This document shows, piece by piece, positions 56,711 to 64,000 of a stretch of DNA of 64,000 bases. Positions within the stretch are counted from its first letter, which is position 1. The number at the start of each line of letters is the position of its first letter. The DNA is taken from the IMG/VR virus record IMGVR_UViG_3300031134_000001, positions 32,001 through 96,000 of that record. One strand, 5' to 3'. The DNA comes from a virus (Duplodnaviria > Caudoviricetes). Position numbers and translations under genes: made by a program. The notes beneath the pieces are model-generated. The model did no database searches, was not told the DNA's origin, and saw nothing but the letters and a program-made list of their open reading frames with translations.

Positions 56711-58285
56711 ATCGGTACTTATCTGCGACTTGTAAGTCACGACGACTTGTGGAAATCACAGTCGCGCACTGATCCGATTATCATCAACGAGTTTCAGGAG
56801 TGTTCTGATACCGCGATCAAGGCGTTTAAAGAGAAGATCTTTACTCGCTACCAACCTAACGATGTTCTGACCAATACGCCACGTTGTGAATGCAACCAAA
56901 CGAAAGGGAAGAAGTACTTAGGCGTTGTATGTGATAACTGTAACAAACCCGTATTGAACATCCGGGAGCAAAAGCTGGAATCGTTGGTGTGGCTCAAGCA
57001 GCCTGCCGGCGTGGAGCGGTTGATCAACCCGACGACGTGGACGATTCTGTCGAACCATTTCAAGAAGGGACGGTTCAACGTTATCCATTACTTAACTGAC
57101 ACCAAGTACCCGGTGCCGGATAAGCCCCCGAAGATCTTCGCCCAGGTACAAGCGCTGAACATTACTCGTGGCTACAACTACTTTGTCAGGAACTTCTTTG
57201 ACACGGTGGATGCTTCAGGTAACGTCATTGGGCCAGGCATCATCGCGAAGCTGCTGACCATCAGCGACTTCCGCAAGAAAAAGCAAGACAACCAACACGA
57301 GGTCCATCACATTCTCCGGTTCTTGGAAATGAATCGTGATAAGATCTTTTCAACACGGTTGGCACTACCGAACAAAACATTGCTGGTCGTTGAAGATACC
57401 GACATGGCTGTGTACGTGGATTCGAATGTACCGATTGCGATCGACGCGATCGAGTCGTTGATCGGGCTGGATGATCCGCTGAATAACTACACGCCGGCAA
57501 TGCGTCAGAACCGCGTGATTCGTGCTATTGCGAATCTGGCGACGTACTACCAAGAGTTCAACAAGAAGTCGTTCTCCTCCAAGGAAGGCATTTCGCGTAA
57601 GCACTTGGCCGCAACACGCTGCGACTGGTCGTTCCGGGCCGTCATCAGTTCGCTCACCGCTGACCACCACTTGCAGGAAATGCATCTGCCGTGGGGATTG
57701 GGCATTGGCTTGCTACGTCTGCACCTGGCGCGTAAGCTCAAAGACCGTGGATGGTTGCCCAATGAAATCTGGCGCTTCTTAAGCCGGTACGCAACGGAGT
57801 ACAATCCGTTGATTGATGAGCTGTTTAAAGAACTCATCGCAGAATCCACCCATCAGCTGCAAGGCCCGATGGGCATCGACCGTACGACCGGTTTGCGCAA
57901 GACAGGTCTGCCAAGCATCTTCCAACGCAATCCATCGCTTGGCTTGGGCTCGATGCAGTTGTTCTACATCACCCGTATCAAACCTGATCCGCAAGATCAG
58001 ACGATCAGCTTCTCCATCCTGACCGTACGCGGCTTTAACGCCGACTACGACGGAGATGAGATGAACGGCACGTTGTTGATCGACGATTACATGGCAGGCC
58101 GTTTCGAAGCCATGGCGCCGTACCGCAGTGCAATGAGTACGTCTACGCCGCGTCAGCTCTCGGGGAACTTCTCGAAGACCAAACCGTGGTTGTCTACCGC
58201 AGCAAACTTCATCGAAGCGGCACCAAATATTCCGCCCGATCCAGAAGTCATGAAGCGGATGATGACTATCCCAGAAGCGGCGTAA
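56711..58285 (+). CDS. Non-virion RNA polymerase beta' N-terminal subunit (phiKZ gp55-like)
   Basis: Zn finger CECxxxKGKKYLGVVCDNC; RCDWSFRAVI, QRNPSL and FNADYDGDEM. The start is proposed at ATC 56711 (the track gives TTG 56747). Confidence 0.92.
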   Translation: MGTYLRLVSHDDLWKSQSRTDPIIINEFQECSDTAIKAFKEKIFTRYQPNDVLTNTPRCECNQTKGKKYLGVVCDNCNKPVLNIREQKLESLVWLKQPAGVERLINPTTWTILSNHFKKGRFNVIHYLTDTKYPVPDKPPKIFAQVQALNITRGYNYFVRNFFDTVDASGNVIGPGIIAKLLTISDFRKKKQDNQHEVHHILRFLEMNRDKIFSTRLALPNKTLLVVEDTDMAVYVDSNVPIAIDAIESLIGLDDPLNNYTPAMRQNRVIRAIANLATYYQEFNKKSFSSKEGISRKHLAATRCDWSFRAVISSLTADHHLQEMHLPWGLGIGLLRLHLARKLKDRGWLPNEIWRFLSRYATEYNPLIDELFKELIAESTHQLQGPMGIDRTTGLRKTGLPSIFQRNPSLGLGSMQLFYITRIKPDPQDQTISFSILTVRGFNADYDGDEMNGTLLIDDYMAGRFEAMAPYRSAMSTSTPRQLSGNFSKTKPWLSTAANFIEAAPNIPPDPEVMKRMMTIPEAA

Positions 58286-58313
58286 TCAATAACCAACAAA
58301 AAGGAGCAACACT

Positions 58314-58493
58314 ATGTCAACACAGGCATTTGATTTTGCCTACGATCCAGCCGATGAAGCCATCGCGGCAGATCTGCGTGAGTTGCATCAATGGCCCATC
58401 CCAGTTCCGGGTTACAAGTTTACCGATGAACATGGCGGCAACGGAGTGATCTGTGAAATTCACGAATCGGACGCTGAATCGAAGGAGCAGTAA
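58314..58493 (+). CDS. Small acidic 59-aa protein (below the track cut-off)
   Basis: AC-rich leader, AAGGAG SD, ATG 58314, TAATG overlap with the next gene. Confidence 0.7.
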   Translation: MSTQAFDFAYDPADEAIAADLRELHQWPIPVPGYKFTDEHGGNGVICEIHESDAESKEQ

Positions 58494-59122
58494 TGGCTAC
58501 CGCGTTTTATGGTGGTGAAGCAGAACTCAATCTGTTTACCGCAGGCGAGCCACACCCGTCCATGTTGCAGTACGCACGTGAACAGGCACAAGTCATCGGC
58601 GGTTACATCCAGCGCACCGGTCACCAGTTTGCACAAGGTGTGGTGGATGCCTACCAATCGTTCTACAGCGATGAAGCAATTCACCGCGCCCGCATCGGGA
58701 TCTCCCGTGTGAAGAGTTACTTCCAAGAAGACCGGATTGCTCTGCTGTCCTCGATCTACGAGATTCAGCAAGCCTCTCCGGTGATGCAGCGTTACATCTT
58801 GGCCGAACCTACTATCGCAAAGATGGTCGACCAAGGACGCTGTGAAGGCTATGGTTATCCGAATCCTTTCCCTGAGCAATACGGTGAGGACAACTATAAC
58901 TACCGCCGCGCTACCAACGGTCTGGTGCAGTTCCAGCCTGAAACCGAAGACCAGCCAGATGGTGGCTGGAAGGTGGTGATTCACATTGAAGACCTCATGG
59001 AAGGCGACCGAGAACTGATCTTACCTGAGCAAGTGGCCATTGGTCACACTTGGGCATCGATCCGTTATTCGTTGGCCAACTCCATGTACGACCCAACGTC
59101 GAAGTCTGGCGAGATGTTGTAA
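58493..59122 (+). CDS. Conserved hypothetical protein of the chimallin block
   Basis: 209 aa; MQRYILAEP, YNYRRATNG and DPTS motifs. Confidence 0.8.
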   Translation: MATAFYGGEAELNLFTAGEPHPSMLQYAREQAQVIGGYIQRTGHQFAQGVVDAYQSFYSDEAIHRARIGISRVKSYFQEDRIALLSSIYEIQQASPVMQRYILAEPTIAKMVDQGRCEGYGYPNPFPEQYGEDNYNYRRATNGLVQFQPETEDQPDGGWKVVIHIEDLMEGDRELILPEQVAIGHTWASIRYSLANSMYDPTSKSGEML

Positions 59123-59123
59123 C

Positions 59124-59170
59124 ATAGTGCCCACTGCCCATTACGGGCGGTGGGCATTGTGATGTTATGA
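59124..59170 (+). terminator. Hairpin terminator
   Basis: GTGCCCACTGCCC-ATTAC-GGGCGGTGGGCAT. Confidence 0.7.
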
Positions 59171-59204
59171 ATCTTTTTTTGTTTGTTTCTAGCCAGGAGC
59201 ACGT

Positions 59205-59621
59205 ATGGAACCCATCAAACCAATCGCCACCTTGTCACCTAAAGGTTACGTCAAATCCATCGTGGAGAAGACGGATCGTATCGTGGCGCACTTCTTTGCG
59301 TCTGACTCCAGCCAAGATTACATCTACGCTGGCACCATCGCCAACTGTTCTATCTTGCTGCAAGAATGCGGCAATGACATCCTCCAGTTCCGCGAACGCT
59401 TAGGCGCTACGCTGCAAACGTACATGGCGCGCTTATACGACAGTGTGACGGTGGATGTGTGGGACGATACCGAAACCAACTTCACCAGCCGCATCAACGT
59501 CAAGTTCTCGATCGAAGTCACCCAAGGTGGAGAGCGTTACGATGTGGCCAATTTGCTGACACTCATCGATGGCAAATTTGAAAAAATTACGAAGCTTAAT
59601 AATACAGGCAACGTCGACTAA
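59205..59621 (+). CDS. Conserved hypothetical protein
   Basis: AGGAG SD, 138 aa. Confidence 0.8.
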   Translation: MEPIKPIATLSPKGYVKSIVEKTDRIVAHFFASDSSQDYIYAGTIANCSILLQECGNDILQFRERLGATLQTYMARLYDSVTVDVWDDTETNFTSRINVKFSIEVTQGGERYDVANLLTLIDGKFEKITKLNNTGNVD

Positions 59622-59639
59622 TTATAAAGGAACCAAACC

Positions 59640-60230
59640 ATGTCGCAACAAGAACCTACTGATTTCATTACCCAAAGCCTGAACGATTTGTTAGAAGACC
59701 TGGAACAGAACTTGGTCAACGACAAGTCCGGCCAACGCGTGATTGCCGAAAGCTTCTTCGTGGGCGTGTTCTTGCCGATGTTCGCTGGCGACGCTAACCC
59801 ACAACACAAAGCCACACCTGAAATGTGGTTCAATGTCGCGCATAGCGCGTTCAATGAAGTGACCGTGGTGTCCGACGGCGGTGGGTTCTTGTTCGATGTA
59901 CCGGCCTTGGCCAGTCAAGATGCCATCAAGCCACTGGACGGCACCGGTAAGGACGCCAACATGCAGACCGTGACCGACATGATCACGACAGCGCGTTTGT
60001 ATGCGCAGCGTGGCCCGAACGTCATGCAGGGCATCATCGCCAACGAGATGGACAAACGCTCGTTCCTGTTTAAAGATGCGCAGATGAGCGCGGATCATAT
60101 CCGCCGCTGGAACGAAATCTTCGCGCGTTACGACCGTCCGCTTTTGCCAGTGACTGGCGCAGTTGCAACCAACACGACCAACCATGCCTACGACCCAGCC
60201 CGAGACAGCACTGACTTTGAACCGCTTTAA
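59640..60230 (+). CDS. Conserved hypothetical protein
   Basis: AAAGGA SD; FFVGVFLPMF and FDVPAL; 196 aa. Confidence 0.8.
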   Translation: MSQQEPTDFITQSLNDLLEDLEQNLVNDKSGQRVIAESFFVGVFLPMFAGDANPQHKATPEMWFNVAHSAFNEVTVVSDGGGFLFDVPALASQDAIKPLDGTGKDANMQTVTDMITTARLYAQRGPNVMQGIIANEMDKRSFLFKDAQMSADHIRRWNEIFARYDRPLLPVTGAVATNTTNHAYDPARDSTDFEPL

Positions 60231-61431
60231 GACTGGCGGGTTTTACTACGCCGTCATCAGTGACATTCATTTAGGTCACAACCGTAATAGCGCAGCGCGC
60301 ATTGTCGAGAACTTGTTCCAAGCGTTCCCTGACAATGCCGAGACTGCCAGCCTGGACGCGATCTTTATCCCAGGCGATATCTTCGACAACCTGCTCATGT
60401 TTAACGACGAAGACATCGATGCGATTATGCATTGGAGTAATAGTCTGCTGCACATGTGCAAACGTCACGGCATTATTCTGCGCATTGTGGAAGGTACGCC
60501 ACTGCATGACCGTACCCAGTCCAAGTACTTCATGCGGGAAAACGAGATCGGTCGTATCGGTGCGGACATGAAGTACATCGACAAGATCGATATCGAGTAC
60601 ATCGCTCGGTTGGATATTCATGTGTTGTATATCCCTGACGAAGTACCAGGCGGCTCTGCTGCTGCGCTGCAAACGGTGAAAGACCTGATGCGTGCGCGCG
60701 GCATTGAGCAAGTGGATATCGCCATGGTGCACGGCTTGTTCCGGTTCCAGATCGATTTCGTCGATTCGTCCATCACCCATGACGAACACGAGTATCTTCG
60801 TTTGGTCAAGCACAACATCAGCGTGGGACATGACCATAACCACAAGAGCTTTGTGAAGGATGGTCATGGGGTTTATGTGCAAGGTTCGTTCGATCGTTTA
60901 GCGCACGGCCATGAGACGCCCAAAGGGCACATGCGCTTTAAGTGGCAGCCCGACGGAACCTGGGAGATTCGCTTTATCGAGAACGTTAATGCGATGAAGT
61001 TTGTCACGCTTAATTGCACTGGCAAGACGCTCGAAGAGACGTTTGCCTTTGTGCAGGCGTCGGTGCAGGCTTTGCCGGATAACTCCCACGTACGGATCTT
61101 GGCCGAAAGTAACCATCCTGTATTTACCAGTATGGAAGTGTTGATTCGCATGGCGCCGTTGCTGAACTGGAAGAAAGATCCAGTGCGGGACAAAGAGAAG
61201 GCGTTAGCGCCACTCGCCGAAGTCGACACCAAGTACATTCCGACTAACATCATGCCCGACAACCTTGCAGGATTAGTCTTGGAGCGAATCGCTAGCGAGG
61301 GAGCTTCGGGGGAAATCATGGATGCGGCATTGGAAATCTTGGAAGAATTATTCCCATCATGCAAGAAACCACAGTCACCTATGCTAACACAGCAGATGGA
61401 AGAGCCCAGGGATTTTTCCCCTTATCAATAG
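60217..61431 (+). CDS. SbcD/Mre11-like metallophosphoesterase nuclease
   Basis: SDIHLGH, PGDIFD, EGTPLHD, MVHG, GHDH and QGSFDRLAHGHE. Start uncertain (TTG 60217 proposed). Confidence 0.88.
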   Translation: MNRFKTGGFYYAVISDIHLGHNRNSAARIVENLFQAFPDNAETASLDAIFIPGDIFDNLLMFNDEDIDAIMHWSNSLLHMCKRHGIILRIVEGTPLHDRTQSKYFMRENEIGRIGADMKYIDKIDIEYIARLDIHVLYIPDEVPGGSAAALQTVKDLMRARGIEQVDIAMVHGLFRFQIDFVDSSITHDEHEYLRLVKHNISVGHDHNHKSFVKDGHGVYVQGSFDRLAHGHETPKGHMRFKWQPDGTWEIRFIENVNAMKFVTLNCTGKTLEETFAFVQASVQALPDNSHVRILAESNHPVFTSMEVLIRMAPLLNWKKDPVRDKEKALAPLAEVDTKYIPTNIMPDNLAGLVLERIASEGASGEIMDAALEILEELFPSCKKPQSPMLTQQMEEPRDFSPYQ

Positions 61432-62222
61432 CGACTTCGCTCGCAATCGAATCGGCGGTCGGGATACATCCTGACCTGCCTCGCCCGGACGTTATGCCCA
61501 TTAAGCAATACCGGGGCGTCTGGATCAACATGCGCACGCTGTACCGTAACATTGTTGGCGCTATGTCCAAAGAGATCGCAGCGTCGATCTCCGCTGTCGA
61601 GATCGCCCAAATCCTGGATGAAGAAATGCGGGTCATTCCCGACTTTCTTGGCGAATACGCTGGCGCACCTGTCAACGTCACGTATTACTTCAACAACTTA
61701 AATGAGGTTGAACGCAAGCACCCAGAAGCCGATGTGCGGAAAGACACGACCGACCGCATGCGACACTTCACCCGCGTCATGGGCGATGTGATGAAAGTCA
61801 TGCTGGCTGAACGTTCAGATCGGTTTATCGTCGTCAACGATCGCTTGCCAGGTGAAGCAGTTAAGACGTTGATTATTACGCACATTGCCTATGATCTGCT
61901 GGCAGAGAAGAACTTTGGTGGTTTGGTGTTACTGGAAAGTCACACCGGACGTATCAAACCTAAGCCCTTGTGGTACTCCAAGTATTATCAAGGGCGCGAC
62001 TTGGCAATGATTCCTTTCACCGAGGAACTCTTACAAGTATTTGGCGACACGGAAACGTTCCATCCTCTGGATAAGAAACTCCGTGAAGCCATCATTGAAG
62101 TGGCAGCAAAACGTGGATGGCATGCTTCGACATCGAGGGAGCGTATTGTCGAGGGCATCAAAGAGCTGCCCAACCCAGCACATCTTCTCAAGATGAAAAA
62201 GATCTTCAAAGTCCTCATCTAA
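61359..62222 (+). CDS. Conserved protein, possible nuclease-like fold
   Basis: 287 aa; WINMRTLYRN, ITHIAYDLL and LLESHTG; between the SbcD-like and ChmC-like genes. Confidence 0.65.
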   Translation: MQETTVTYANTADGRAQGFFPLSIATSLAIESAVGIHPDLPRPDVMPIKQYRGVWINMRTLYRNIVGAMSKEIAASISAVEIAQILDEEMRVIPDFLGEYAGAPVNVTYYFNNLNEVERKHPEADVRKDTTDRMRHFTRVMGDVMKVMLAERSDRFIVVNDRLPGEAVKTLIITHIAYDLLAEKNFGGLVLLESHTGRIKPKPLWYSKYYQGRDLAMIPFTEELLQVFGDTETFHPLDKKLREAIIEVAAKRGWHASTSRERIVEGIKELPNPAHLLKMKKIFKVLI

Positions 62223-62290
62223 CTGTGGAAAAATATCCAACGGTACTATTGGATGTACTCCGCAAACATATCTTTTCAGGATAGCAAAAA

Positions 62291-63082
62291 ATGGCATATA
62301 ACAACCAGGAAAAAGACAAACGCCCAAAGGCTCCCTTCGACCTTTTCGCGCTGACACTGTGGGCACCTTCCACAGCCCAAGGCAAGTCCGCCATGTTCAT
62401 GATGGACGTGAGCCTGGACGGCAAGGTCAACTTCACCGTGCGTACGGGTGACCCGGCCGACAAAGAAAAGCAAAAGGATGGCGACGTCATCCGCATGCGC
62501 ATGAATCTGGTCGACTACGAGAAAGTCGTCAACGTCTTCGGCGACGTGATCCGTTCCAAAGGTCCGATGAAAGTCGCGGCCGTGGCCCTGGACTACTACC
62601 GCTGGGACAAAGAAAGCAAACAACGCGTGCGCATGGATGCGCCGCGCGACGGCAACAAGCTGTTCATCAACAAAGACGCCGACGGCACCGTGTCGCTCTC
62701 GCTCGTGCAATACAACCGCACGAACATCGAGTTCGGCTTCATCCCGCGCAATCCTGAACTGGTGTTCGCGCATTCCGACGGCAACAAGTGGACCGACGGC
62801 GAGATGTCGCTCTCGGGCGCCCGTGCTTACCACAAAGTCATGGCGGAACTGCACTCGCGCGTGGCCGCATCGACGATCCGTCAACACCAGATCCCAGACC
62901 AGTTCCAACCACCGTACGTGGCGCCACAAGCTGCTGGCGGCGGTCAAGGCGGTGGCTACAAGTCGGGCAATGGCGGCGGTGGCGGCGGTGGTTACAACAA
63001 GCCGCAGCAAAGCAACAACGGCGGCGGTCAACGCGCTGTGGTCGTCGCTGAAGACGACATGGACGACGATATCCCGTATTGA
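62291..63082 (+). CDS. chmC: ChmC-like nucleic-acid-binding protein (Whirly-type fold, Gly-rich tail)
   Basis: 263 aa; beta-rich core; G/N/Q-rich disordered tail; immediately upstream of the gp68-like gene, as recalled for ChmC homologues. Confidence 0.65.
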   Translation: MAYNNQEKDKRPKAPFDLFALTLWAPSTAQGKSAMFMMDVSLDGKVNFTVRTGDPADKEKQKDGDVIRMRMNLVDYEKVVNVFGDVIRSKGPMKVAAVALDYYRWDKESKQRVRMDAPRDGNKLFINKDADGTVSLSLVQYNRTNIEFGFIPRNPELVFAHSDGNKWTDGEMSLSGARAYHKVMAELHSRVAASTIRQHQIPDQFQPPYVAPQAAGGGQGGGYKSGNGGGGGGGYNKPQQSNNGGGQRAVVVAEDDMDDDIPY

Positions 63083-63113
63083 TCGTCTATCTCACTTAAG
63101 TGAGGTAATCTAA

Positions 63114-63152
63114 TAGGTCCACGCAGCTTACGGGCTGCGTGGTCTATGCCTT
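63114..63152 (+). terminator. Hairpin with GGTCTATGCC
   Basis: CCACGCAGC-TTACGG-GCTGCGTGG, then TCTATGCC. Confidence 0.7.
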
Positions 63153-63174
63153 CGTAACGAGATAAAGCCGATTG

Positions 63175-63200
63175 AAAATAATTTCACGACTATATCACTA
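63175..63200 (+). promoter_or_regulatory. Early promoter
   Basis: GAAAATAATTTCACGAC-TATATCAC-T (core 63191-63198). Confidence 0.8.
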
Positions 63201-63245
63201 CGATGAGTAGTATCTGTAATACAACGTCAACAAAAAGGAGAAGAC

Positions 63246-64000
63246 GTGAGATTTAGGAAAGTGTTATCGGTTTCCGACAAAGTATCGAACGTTGTTATTG
63301 ACCATGCTGGCCAGGAACTGGCGTGGGATGTGAAGATCTTGGAGCGCGGTAACAAAAACGCGAACCGTAACAAAGACCCAGCAGCTGAAGAAGTAGCACC
63401 TGCTGATCCGTTCGAGCAACTCAACGACTTCCTCAAAGAGCGCTCGGTGCAGCAGCAAAACGAGTTGTTTGAAGTCTATACGCACATTCACGGCATCTTG
63501 CAGCCGCATGGGCATCATGACATTCAGGACTTGCGTCGCAAGATCCCTGGGCTACTCAAACGCATCTTTACGATCGTTCCGCCAGATGAAGTGGCGCGTT
63601 GGGTGCATCATACGCCGACGATTCTGTTCCCTGCCAACATCCGCGTGTTTCAAACGCTGAAAGAATCAGCAGAGCGTGGCGAGAACTTCGGTCTGTCCAA
63701 ACGGCCGGTGGACGCAACGTATCTGGAAAAGGATTACTGGGGCTTGGTGGTGTTGGTGTTGATCTGCCGGATGTTGGTACCAATCTGGGGTCGCTTCCTG
63801 GGCAACATCGATTCGACAGTGAACAACCACTACAAGGAAATCTACGCCCTGCGCTTGGCAACCAAGACCGCGTTGGTGGATACCGATGGCTATAAACGCC
63901 TGGAGAATTACATCAACATCTACCTGACCCCGGACAAGTTCAAGAACTCGGCCATGGAAGGTAGCGTTGCCAAGGAAGATGCGCCGATCCAAACCATGGC
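63246..64000 (+). CDS. nvRNAP sigma-like subunit (phiKZ gp68-like), truncated at the right edge
   Basis: AAGGAG SD before GTG 63246; open frame MRFRKVLSV...TYLEKDYWGLVVL...VPIWGRF; early promoter; synteny. Confidence 0.75.
   Translation, partial: MRFRKVLSVSDKVSNVVIDHAGQELAWDVKILERGNKNANRNKDPAAEEVAPADPFEQLNDFLKERSVQQQNELFEVYTHIHGILQPHGHHDIQDLRRKIPGLLKRIFTIVPPDEVARWVHHTPTILFPANIRVFQTLKESAERGENFGLSKRPVDATYLEKDYWGLVVLVLICRMLVPIWGRFLGNIDSTVNNHYKEIYALRLATKTALVDTDGYKRLENYINIYLTPDKFKNSAMEGSVAKEDAPIQTM

Noticed and set aside
4276-58285. Introns or inteins in the RNAP subunits, terminase or DNA polymerase (common in this phage group)
   Set aside because: The ORFs are uninterrupted and of expected size; no homing-endonuclease or intein motifs were seen.
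1-64000. CRISPR array, integrase, transposase or reverse transcriptase
   Set aside because: No regularly spaced direct repeats, and no recognisable motifs in any ORF.

Overview
This is a 64 kb segment of a nucleus-forming, phiKZ-like jumbo phage (Chimalliviridae-type; about 54% GC by eye; host not determinable). The gene order resembles that of Salmonella phage SPN3US as I recall it. From left to right: a truncated tape-measure/tail gene (minus strand), a virion RNA polymerase block (beta'-middle subunit with DFDGD, beta, beta'-C), the prohead protease, tail tube and sheath, gp28/27/26-like structural genes and the large terminase. An early accessory region follows (29.8-43.1 kb), driven by repeated TATAT(C/T)AC promoters, then PhuZ tubulin, small conserved genes, a family B DNA polymerase subunit, head proteins, chimallin (ChmA), the non-virion RNAP beta'-N subunit, an SbcD-like nuclease, a ChmC-like protein and the start of the gp68-like nvRNAP subunit. 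The strongest unexplained signals are three. (i) An early array of nine small proteins at 33.6-37.6 kb has N-terminal amphipathic helices (eight of nine) and mostly Ala-ending, ssrA-like C-termini. (ii) Three intergenic regions fold into nested helices with G-U pairs (14.8-15.2, 44.5-45.0 and 49.15-49.5 kb); the last encloses a 31-aa Ldr/Fst-like hydrophobic peptide. (iii) A TATG(C/A)CGTC motif is attached to most terminator hairpins. All family assignments come from motif recognition and synteny recalled from memory; no database searches were run.
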